In this document: positions 53,448 through 64,000 of the stretch, piece by piece
Layout: the number at the start of each line of letters is the position of its first letter
Position numbering within the stretch: position 1 is the stretch's first letter
DNA from: Octopus vulgaris
Taxonomy: Eukaryota
Assembly (NCBI GenBank): GCA_951406725.2
Contig: OX597817.1
Location: 147,994,001 to 148,058,000 of the forward strand
Direction: 5' to 3'
DNA: 64,000 nucleotides
Program-made: the position numbers and the translations under genes
The notes under the pieces: generated by a model
Database searches by the model: none
What the model saw: only the letters and a program-made list of their open reading frames with translations
Told to the model about the DNA's origin: nothing

Positions 53448-54487
53448 ATATATATATATATATGCGTGTGTGTGTATATGTTCATAGATATATATCTCTA
53501 TATATGTGCGTATATATATATATATATATATATGTACGTCCGTATGTGTATGTATGTATGTGTGTGTGTGTGTGTGTGTTTGTGTGTATGAGAGCGTTCA
53601 GACATCGGGATACAACTTCCTTTAAAATAAGTCCAATTTTCTCCGTGTATCTTCGCAACTTTCCAACAGAAGAGAGAAAGCGAACATGAATTTTGGTAAC
53701 TGTGCTTATTAATAGGCGTTCAGAAGATCTCTGCTTGGAGCAGTTACGTGATAGTATTGCATTAGTGATTGCTCGTTACATGGTAGTTGGAAGGGTCACA
53801 ATCGGCACAGTGCCATTAATTCAAAAACTAACAACACTCAACAGCTGGTTGCCGGAGCACTTCTAAGACGAAATCAGTCTTCCATCTATTAGAGACGTTT
53901 TCGACTTCTACGTTTATTTTTTTCCCCAATTTATCTCCATCCTTTTCATGTCTTTAACTCACATTCACCTACCTTTCGCTTTCTCGTTATTCCAATTACT
54001 ATTTCTAACTTTTTGCTTCCTCCCGTTCACTTTCTCTCTTTCTCTCTGTGTTGCTTTTTCTCTATATCTCTATTATTTCTGGTTTTTCTCCATTCAAGAT
54101 TCAAGAGTGTCTGATTTAACTTCCTACTCTTCATATCTCAAATACTTTCGTGTGAGGTTTTTAAGCTAGCATGGCTTGCGATTAAAAGCAACCGATCGAC
54201 GTTTGCAAGTAATTACTTCAGACACATATCATCTAACCAGCCAGAGATTTGTCTTTAATTTATATACAGATATGCTTCAATGTCATACACGCATGTTCAT
54301 ACGTACAAATATATTGTGAAATCTATCAATATATGCATATACACATATATATGAATTTGTATATGCGCATGTATATTTATATATATATAAACATATACAT
54401 GCACACACACACATTTATGTATTTACGTATGTATGTATTTAAATATGCACACTATATATATATATATATATAATGTGTATATATATG

Positions 54488-54520
<33 letters not shown>

Positions 54521-55359
54521 ATGTATATATATATGCGCGCGTGTGTGTATATGTTCGTAGATATATATATTACATCCGTATGTGTGTGTATGTGTGTGCG
54601 TGTGTGTATCTATATACATATATAAAATAATATATTCATATATATATATATACACACACATAAATATATACATGCACACACACAGACACACACCTCTCAC
54701 ACGTATGTATTCACGTATGCATGTATTTTTATATGCACACGTATATTTATATATATATATATATTTATATATATATTTATATATACATATGAATATATAA
54801 ATGCACACAGACACATACACCCATACACACACATACACACATAGACACTCATTATATACTCGTTGTGTAACTGTATAGACCGACTTACATATGAAACGAT
54901 ATAATTATACATAAACTATTCGTAGAAACACGTCCAAAATTATTTGCGTTTAAATACAAGATTAACATGTAGACTTTCATGCGTATTTTTTATATTATTT
55001 TACGATTATTTTATTTGGATGATCAACTGTTCCACATTTTTATCAATCAATCTTTAGATATGAAAAACTACATGCCTTTTGACTGATCTAGTCATACACG
55101 CAGATACGTATGTATGAGTGTATCCATCCATATATGTATATACATATATGCATACATATACATAATTCTGTATATTACCGTCTATCTAACTGTATATGTA
55201 TGTATATATATACATGCATACATATATATATACATCTGTTTCGCACCATATATGTACGTTTGCAGTTATATTAGTAAGTACATAATGAAAAACATATGTG
55301 TGTGTGTCTGTGTGTTTGTGTGTGTGTGTATTGCAGAAATTAAACAGTATAACTATTTA

Positions 55360-55457
55360 GTTCCTACGTACGTTTCGCCATGGCAGTTAATTGGGACGCA
55401 ATTCTTGATAGTCAAAGTGCATTTGGATTCCTGACTGCAATGAATCATTAGGAGAAC
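55360..55457 (-). ncRNA. Hammerhead motif with a G5-to-A core mutation
   Basis: GTTCTC-CTAATGA-..CATTGCAGT..ACTGCCATG..-GAAAC-GTAC-GTA-GGAAC; palindromic stem III ACGTACGT. Confidence 0.65.
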
Positions 55458-55699
55458 ACTTTATGGCATTCTATTAGGGAGATCAAATACAAGTCGTTAG
55501 ACACTTGGTGAGGTAATTTATAAGAATTTAGTAAAGGAAGTAGAAAGCGATCAATTTTAGAAGATATAGAAAAACAGGAGAAGAGTGTGAAAATTGGACA
55601 GAGAGAAAAGGGAAGCGGAATAGAGTGACCAACGTAGTTTTAAACAGGAAAAAGTTTAAAGGCACACAAGTGAATAAATGAATAAATAAAAATAATATC

Positions 55700-55935
55700 A
55701 CTCTTTTACTCTTTTACACTTTTACTTGTTTCAGTCATTTGACTGTGGCCATGCTGGAGCACCGCCTGTAGTCGAGCAAATCGACCTCAGGACTTACTCT
55801 TTGTAAGCCTAGTACTTATTCTATCGGTCTTTTTTGCCTAACCGGTAAGTTACGGGGACGTAAACACACCAGCATCGGTTATCAAGCGATGTTGGAGGGA
55901 CAAACACAGACACACAAACATATACACTCACGTAC

Positions 55936-55966
<31 letters not shown>

Positions 55967-55973
55967 TATTATA

Positions 55974-56016
<43 letters not shown>

Positions 56017-56090
56017 CTATATTTGTTCCACGTCATCGCGTTGTGTTTTTCGTACTTTCTTGTTTGGATTAACTATATATACATATATAC

Positions 56091-56175
<85 letters not shown>

Positions 56176-56342
56176 CATATATACGACAGTCTTCTTTCAG
56201 TTTCCGTCTACGAAATCCACTCACAAGGCTTTGGTTGTCCCGAGGATATAGTAGAAAACGCTCGAAGTGCCAGGCAGTGCGACTGAACCCGGAACCATGT
56301 AGTTGGTAAGCAAGCTACTTACCACACAACCACTCCTACGCC
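55700..56342 (-). mobile_element. SINE family B with an expanded internal microsatellite
   Basis: Tail 55700-55920 and head 56183-56342 are separated by (TA)n. Confidence 0.85.
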
Positions 56343-56449
56343 GCAGTACACACACGCACAAACACACACAGGCACGCACACGCATATATATACGTTTTTC
56401 ACTATGTACTTAGTAAGTAAATAAACACATAAACAAATAATATATATGC

Positions 56450-56488
<39 letters not shown>

Positions 56489-57631
56489 TGTGTGTGCACG
56501 CGCAGATGCATTGTCATACAAACTTACATATACGTGCATATATACACAACAAATAAATGTACATACGCACTTATATACTTATACGTTATTTTAAATATAA
56601 AATATTTAAAATATAACGAAATTAAAAATGGAAAAGTAAGTTAAAAAGTATAAGGCGAAATATAAATAAATAAGATTGCTACGTGATTCGGAACAGAATC
56701 AGTAACGTGTACCCGCCAGGGCCGGGTAGTAGAATTTCTCATGTTTTTCAAATATGACCTTATTTGCTAAGAGTTTAGATATTCTAATCCGACACATTTC
56801 AACCATTAAAAGGCAAATTAGCTTCTGTTACCGTCTACTGACGCAAATCAGTCAAGGTTGTTGACTGCATTTTATTTAAAGCTATGCTTTGATAAGGTCT
56901 TCCCAGAGTTGCCTATCTCAGGTATTTTCTATTGATAACGGCCAATGCGCTAGTAACATCGAAGTCTTGGAATCCTGACAGGGGACGTTACTCTTCAGAT
57001 ATGTTGTTTCTGCACCTTTTTACCATAAACGAGAATTTTTCTACATAGTACCTGCAGTAAATTTATCTTTTCGCAGTTGAAATATGTCAAAAACATAGTT
57101 CAACTAACTTAAACTACACTTCTTTGATATGATTTATTTGCACATAACAATCACATTATTATACCACGGCAATTTACTTGTTACTTCGCGCTGCATCGGT
57201 TTATGATCCATACCTCATTGTATTTTAATTTAATGTATCTTATTATGCCCCCTTCTTGACGGTATTTTAACCTGTTTATTTTACTTCATTTTATTCTTTT
57301 TGCTTCATGTTGTTTTATTTTACCACGGTCGATTTAAGTTTTTGTATTATCTATGTTTTTACTTTCTTATCTCTTTTCTTGTATACTTTATCATTTTAAT
57401 TTACTTTATTGTACTTGGGTTGAATTTTCTTAACGTCTCATTTCTTAACTTTTTGACTCTTTTATTTTATTTTATAAGTGCGGTATAAATTCCGTGCTAG
57501 ACATTTAAAATAGCTATGAAAACTAAGCTAGCTTAGACATTTACATCGTAAAAAGTACCACACTAGAACAACTGTGAATTAGATATTTCACCAAAAGATG
57601 ACCACTAGAGAAGTTGGTGGGTATCAAATAT

Positions 57632-58215
57632 TCCTTTCTACTCTAGGTACAAGGCCCGAAATTTCTGGGAAGGAGGCCAGTCGATTAGATCAACCCCAGT
57701 ACGCAAATGGTACTTAATTTATCGACCCCCGAAAGGATGAAAGGCAAAGTCGACCTCGGTGGAATTTGAACTCAGAATGTAAAGACAGACGAAATACCTA
57801 TTTCTTTACAACCCACAAGGGGTTAAACACAGAAGGGACAAACAAGGACAGACAAACGGATTAAGTCGATTACATTGACCTCAGTGCGTAACTGGTACTT
57901 ATTTACTCGACCCTAAAAGCATGAAAGGCAAAGTCTACCTCGGCGGAATTTGAACTCAGAACGTAGCGGCAGACGAAATACCTATTTCTTTACTACCCAC
58001 AAGGGTCTAAACACAGAGAGGACAAACAAGAACAGGCAAAGGGATTAAGTCGATTAAATCGTCCCCAGTGCGTAACTGGTACTTATTTAATCGACCCCGA
58101 AAGGGTGAAAAGCAAAGTCGACGTTGGCGGAATTTGAACTCAGAACGTAGCGGCAGACGAAATACTGCTAAACATTACTCCGGGCGTGCTAACGTTTCTG
58201 CCAGATTGCCGCCTT
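57632..58215 (-). mobile_element. SINE family A with three tandem core units and a 15-bp TSD
   Basis: TSD GTGGGTATCAAATAT at 57617-57631 and 58216-58230; GAAAGGCAAAGTC..GGAATTTGAACTCAGAA occurs three times. Confidence 0.92.
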
Positions 58216-58333
58216 GTGGGTATCAAATATCATTACCCTGTGTTGATACTCTTCGACCACGGTAAAAGACAACTCTTACTATGGTCTCTCTTCGCTCCTT
58301 TTTCCATATCTTTATTAGTTTGTTTGCACTTAC

Positions 58334-58442
58334 TTTGGCACTTCCTGTGCTGACTCCGAAGACGATGGCATGTTTCTTTTGACCGTTCAATTCTTTACGA
58401 TCCTTGAATCGACCGATTGATTTTATGGGGCCATGAATGCAC
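58334..58442 (-). other. Isolated candidate exon (CIHGPIKSIGRFKDRKELNGQKKHAIVFGVSTGSAK)
   Basis: Acceptor ATATTCACTTTAG, donor AAA|GTAAGT, one open frame; no partner exons identified. Confidence 0.35.
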
Positions 58443-58788
58443 CTAAAGTGAATATCAGAAGTTGTAAGGATACAATGCACAAATAAATATAGGCATAAAG
58501 CCCATTATTTATGCTTTTAATTGCACGTCACTCTATGAAAGAAAACCAAATCAACTTGCCAATGCAACCACAAATTTATAAAGTCGGTTGCAATTGAATT
58601 CGATTCCGATTCTTGTATTAGAATTACCTGGAGTTCTACCAATCAAAAATCTTTTTGTTAGCCTGTTGTATTTGTATTAACAGAAAGTTTAAGAAGTATT
58701 TTGCCCGAATTGATAATTCTGTACTAATAACTCTTTATATATGTGTATATACATATATACATGCATAAAATATTAATATATATATATA

Positions 58789-58822
<34 letters not shown>

Positions 58823-59520
58823 AAAAACAGATTTTAATTACCCCAGTCGGAATGAAATTAATTAGTTTCGAGAATGAAAATGTGTCTGGATCCGCAAGCA
58901 AGTTCAAATTCAAAGAATATGTGTTTTAATTTATCAAAATATCGTAACTGTATATTTATTTGCTTGATTTTTTTTCCTTTCCAATTGTAAATAAAATCTA
59001 ACATGTAAATTTAAAAATTGCTCGAACATTGAAAGAAATAAAACAAAGAAAATATTCTGTCTCAGACAGCAGGACAGAGCTTGTAAAAGGAAAAAAAAAA
59101 AAGAATTCTGATACTTTAAAATTTTCATCATGACCAACTGCTAATATAATTTATTACTATGAAACTTTCTGAACGTACAAACTTTTATCATGTATTACTC
59201 AAATGAAATTTATCGAACGTTTGAACTTTTATGATGATTTCGTAAAGCTGTGAAACTTGAAGTTCATTCTGCTACCTTGCTATGAAACCTTATTAGCATT
59301 TTATTTTTGAGCACGTTTTAGTGCTCTGAAATTTTTTCGTGAGCATTCACTTATTTTAAAACTTCATTCAAAAAATTATATTTTAATAAAATGTAAAAAA
59401 AAATAGACTAAAATTGGTTGAAAGTCTCAGATGTGTTTCCGAATCCTACACACCTATCTATCTGCCTGTCTGTCTGTCTGTCCGTCTGTCCGTCTGTCCA
59501 GCTGTCCGTCTCTATGTCTG

Positions 59521-59565
<45 letters not shown>

Positions 59566-59579
59566 ATCATATAAAAATA

Positions 59580-59807
59580 TTCTTTTATTTGTCTCAGTCA
59601 TTTGACTGCGGCCATGCTGGAGCACCGCTTTTAGTTGAACAGATCGATCCCAGGACTTATTCTTTGTAAGCCAAGTACTTATTCTATCGGTCTCTTTTGC
59701 CGAACCGCTAAGTTACGATGACGTAAACACACCAGCATTGTTTGTCAAGCAATCTTGGGAGGACAAACAGGCACAAACATACATGCATACATACATACAT
59801 ACATACA

Positions 59808-59843
<36 letters not shown>

Positions 59844-60004
59844 TATAAGATATATACGGCGACTTTCTTTCGGTTTCCGTCTACCAAATCCACTCACAAG
59901 ATTTGGGTCGGCACGAGGCTATAGAGAAGACAGTTGCCCAAGGCGCCACACGCAGTAGAACTGCGTCTGGAAAGCAAGCTACATACCACACAGCCACTCG
60001 TGCG
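59580..60004 (-). mobile_element. SINE family B
   Basis: Reverse-complement match. Confidence 0.85.
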
Positions 60005-60020
60005 GATATATACGTATATG

Positions 60021-60084
<64 letters not shown>

Positions 60085-60536
60085 CTTGAGAACAATCTTT
60101 TCTTAGTGATCAGGCTATATGATGTCTACATCTAGCATAGTGGATGTCCACTTAGTGGACATCAAGCTTATATGTACGAATATATATATATATATATATA
60201 TATATTTATCATCCTCGAAGTGAACTGTTTGAAATAATTTTTCGTTATTGCTCTGTGGGAGGTAGGGGCGCTATTATTTATAAGTACGTGCTGTTGACCT
60301 CAACTTCATCCCAGTCACAGTAAGAACTTGGTCTTAAAATACGTTATGGTCGCGATTGTTGCGTTTGTAAGATCGTTTGTTTTCATGGTTCCGTGTGTTA
60401 CTTTTGATTTCGAGTGTAGAGCTTGTATTGAATGGTTCTTGCTTGCTTATATTAATTTTTGGAGGTTGGGCTGCTCATGATCTGTGCTATACATAGGGTA
60501 GAGTAATGGGGGTTTGTCCTATTTATTATATCAATA

Positions 60537-60768
60537 AGGCGGCGAGCTGGCAGACACGTTAGCGCGCCGGGCGAAATGCTTAGCGGTATTTCGTCTGTCG
60601 CTACGTTCTGAATTCAAATTCCGCTGAGGTCGACTTTGCCGTTCATCCTTTCGGGGCCGATAAATTAAGTACCAGTTACGCACTGGGATCGATGTAATCG
60701 ACTTAATCCATTTGTCTGTCCCTGTTTGTCCCCTCTATGTTTAGCCCACTGTGGGCAATAAAGAAATA
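60537..60768 (+). mobile_element. SINE family A, single unit
   Basis: Full head GGCGGCGAGCTGGCAGA; ends AATAAAGAAAT. Confidence 0.9.
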
Positions 60769-61060
60769 TATTTATCATATAAAGCCCAATTGTTACTGCG
60801 GTGTTAGATATCTAGAATTATCTTTATATCTCTTAAAGGTGTAACCATGCTTGTGTAAACATCTAAGGCCTTGTCCGTGTCTTGTATTAATTAATGTATG
60901 TTTTGTTGTAAATATTTGGTGAACCTCCTCTACGCATAGGTCGAATCTATTTTCTCCCTATACGATGAGTTTTACTCGTAATAATTAATTCCCAATAGAT
61001 AGAGTAACTAGTTTGTTTTTGTGTTTTTTTTTTGCTTATAATTGACCAGTATAACAAACG

Positions 61061-61325
61061 TGGAGGCGCGTGGCCTAGTTGTTAGGGTTTCAAGCATCAT
61101 GATCGTAAGATTGTGGTTTCGATTCCTGGACCGAGCGATGCGTTGTGTTCTTGAGCAAAAGCACTTCATTTCAAGTTACTCCAGTCCACTCAGCTGGCAA
61201 AAATGAGTAACGTTGCGATGGACTGGCGTCCCGTCCACCTGGGGAACACGTACGCCATTGGAACCGGGAAACCGAACCCATGAGCCTGGCTAGTCTTTAA
61301 AAGGCCGCATTTATTATTTTATTAT
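61061..61325 (+). mobile_element. SINE family C with a different 3' tail
   Basis: Head and core match 17790-17922; tail GCGATGGACTGGCGTCCCGTCCA.. Confidence 0.85.
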
Positions 61326-61584
61326 TATGTATAACAAACAAAACAACCTCCTGCGACTAACATGTAGCTCAAAATAAATTATCAAAATGATATCTATACG
61401 CCAATCTTATTTCATTCCATATTAAACATATTAGATAATTAAGTTTCTTGTATCTTACTTAGATAGGTTTCCGTAATATATTATATCATACTTCAATTTA
61501 TTTTGCTCTAGCTTATATTCCATCGTATTATATAAAGGAGTTTGTGGGAGTGTCTGTGTATCTAACTATCTATCTATCGATCTA

Positions 61585-61925
61585 TTCTTTTATTCTTTTA
61601 TTCTTTTACTTGTTTCATTCGTTTGACCGTGGCCATGCCAGAGCACCGCCTTTAGTCGAACAAATCGAACCTAAGCCTTATTCTTTGTAAGCCTACTACT
61701 TATTCTATCGAGTTCTATTGGAGGAACCGCTAAGTTAGGGGAAGTATACACACCATCATCGATTGTCAAGTGATTGTGGGGGAACAAACACAGACACATA
61801 AATACAAAGCTTTGGTCGAACTGAGGAAATGGCAGAAGATACTTGCCCAAGATGCCACGCAGTGGGACTGAACCCAGAACCATGCGGCTGGGAAGCGTAC
61901 TTCTTACCACACAGCCACTCTTGCT
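61585..61925 (-). mobile_element. SINE family B, internally deleted
   Basis: Reverse-complement match. Confidence 0.8.
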
Positions 61926-61958
61926 CTTATTAAATACCCCCGCCCTCTATATATATAT

Positions 61959-62002
<44 letters not shown>

Positions 62003-64000
62003 ATATATATATATATTCTATTTGTAAATCAAAATGGAATTTAATAAAACAAAATATATAATACAAGATTTCTCCATACTCGAACTGTGTTTCTGATCCT
62101 TTCTTTGCAAATATAACTCGTTCCTTCATTTGAACTATCCGATTACTTACGGCTTAATCCTAAAACCGTTTTTACCGTCTCCTCGCCGCCACTCAGTTGA
62201 ACCATTTGTTATTAAGTACGAAAGTCTTTGCTTTATGCCTCTTGTGTATTTTAGTATTTAATGCTCTGAGTCAGCAAATACCGACTCTAAAGTATTGTTC
62301 CTGTTGTAACAGTTATTTTCAGAAAGAATCGGGTGTCTTAAAGAGGATTCAGTTCTATAGATTTGAAGATACATTCTTGCATTAATAAGACTGAGCTAAC
62401 ATTACAAACCAGAATGAATTGAACTTATTATGACATACACAGCTAGTAAACCGATACAATATATCTTAGTGAATAGATAGAAACCACAGTGTTTTCAGCG
62501 GCCTATAGTAACCTCACTATGCGGTGGCCCCAGATGAGTAATAACTTTATTAAAGTCACATATATATCTCATCTCTATTCGTAATAAACAATAAAAATAT
62601 ATAATTAGATCTACATTAATGATCGCAAAATTTAAGAAAGGGTATTTGCAGTTTATGAATATTTACTTCTACGCGCTGTATATCGATAGTTAAAGTCTCT
62701 GCCCAGCTACATATCATTTGTTAGAATAGTCACGTGTATGTGAATGTTGTCTTACATATCGTTGATATTTGTTTATTAGAATTAGATATTATTATTAATG
62801 AAATAGTTTTCTTGCAGCAATAAATATTATATTCACTATTATGTTGCAGAAATTTAAGAGAATTTCAAATTCTATTTTATTTCAACTTATTGTCTTTCAA
62901 GACGTTTTCGACGAAAATCTTCTATTCTTTCATTATATTGCTGATGCCATTCAATATATTCTCAGTGAAGGAGAAGACAAAGATTGAATAAGGAGAACGA
63001 GAATGAGGAGAAGCAACAATTTCAGAATATAAGCTATAAAAAGACAATAAGGGGAGATGCAGCTGAGAAAGAAAATAATGATGGAAAATCGTAGAATAGT
63101 TCTACTGAGGCCGGTCTTAAAAAAAAAAAGAAGAAAACAAATTATTGGAGAAGGGTGTGAGAAAAAGAAGGGAGAAGGGGTGAGAGGAGAAATTCGTATG
63201 ATGGAATGAAATGGGAGAAAAGAGTTTATGTTGCAAGCTATAATAAAATAGAGACAGAAAGGGAGAGGAAAGAGAAAATGTAAAAACGAAAGTAGAAAAA
63301 TAAAAAAAGTAATAACTAAAAAACAAAATTAATAAAAATGTGGATGTGATAAAAGTGCTTGAAGGAATGTGAAAAATATAAAGAAAGAATTGAGGACAGA
63401 AGGGAGGTGTGGGATTTGATTTGGTAACTAGTTGACACTTATGTCAAGAAATATTTTGAACTTTCCAAGCCAAGGCTCTGAAAAGAAAATCGTTGCTAAA
63501 TCTGCTGACGCCAGTTGAACCTGTCTAGAAAACAAGGAAATCAACCATTCAATTATATTCAGTGCCTTGCAATTGAAACCAAGCATTGATCGTAGTGAGT
63601 CACGACGTGAAATTGTAGACAATAACCTCACACGTATCTAGCACACTCGTTTCTCCACCATCCATTCCGTCCTGTCGCCCATTGTGCTAAGTTGCTTACA
63701 CAAAAGTTGTTCTAAGTTGGCTAAATCAAATAAGAGATGTGTCCATTAGCAAGGGTGTTGCCACTGCTGTTTATACACGCCTGTCAATGGCAGTTTCGGG
63801 TGAACGAATGTGTATAGGTGACGTTAACAGGCTAAGTGTTAACGCAAGATAAGGAAAAGCAGAAATTTGTTGGGGAAATATCGAGCCTTTTATTATTGAC
63901 ACTTGATTAGTCTCTGTCTACGAAGTCAGAGCTGGAATTCAAGGCTGAGAGATTTTCTCACATCGATTTCTTGCTAAAGTTTCTCTAGTTGTTAATGTAT

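Noticed and set aside
57700-58150. Regularly spaced direct repeats (CRISPR-like spacing)
   Set aside because: The spacers are homologous to each other; this is a tandem SINE unit in eukaryotic DNA

Overview
Eukaryotic, AT-rich, repeat-saturated genomic DNA. The SINE families and dense (TA)n/(CA)n/(GATA)n tracts resemble an Octopus (coleoid cephalopod) genome; this is recognition by eye, not a database result. Almost all listed ORFs are microsatellite artefacts or decayed transposon fragments. Contents: three tRNA-derived SINE families (several with TSDs), Tc1/mariner elements (DD34D, DD37D, DD40D, Tc1), a complete-ended Helitron, RTE, CR1 and Tx1 LINE fragments, and Penelope-like elements (PLEs). 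Two things stand out. (1) A hotspot at about 26.6-35.2 kb of four consecutive head-to-head inverted structures whose outer ends carry type I hammerhead ribozyme (HHR) motifs, some intact and some mutated. (2) An unidentified, spliced, multi-exon gene relic on the minus strand (about 13.8-24 kb) with phase-compatible exons, nonsense mutations and a Helitron inside it. No intact protein-coding gene could be established. Repeat boundaries were read by eye and may be off by tens of bases.
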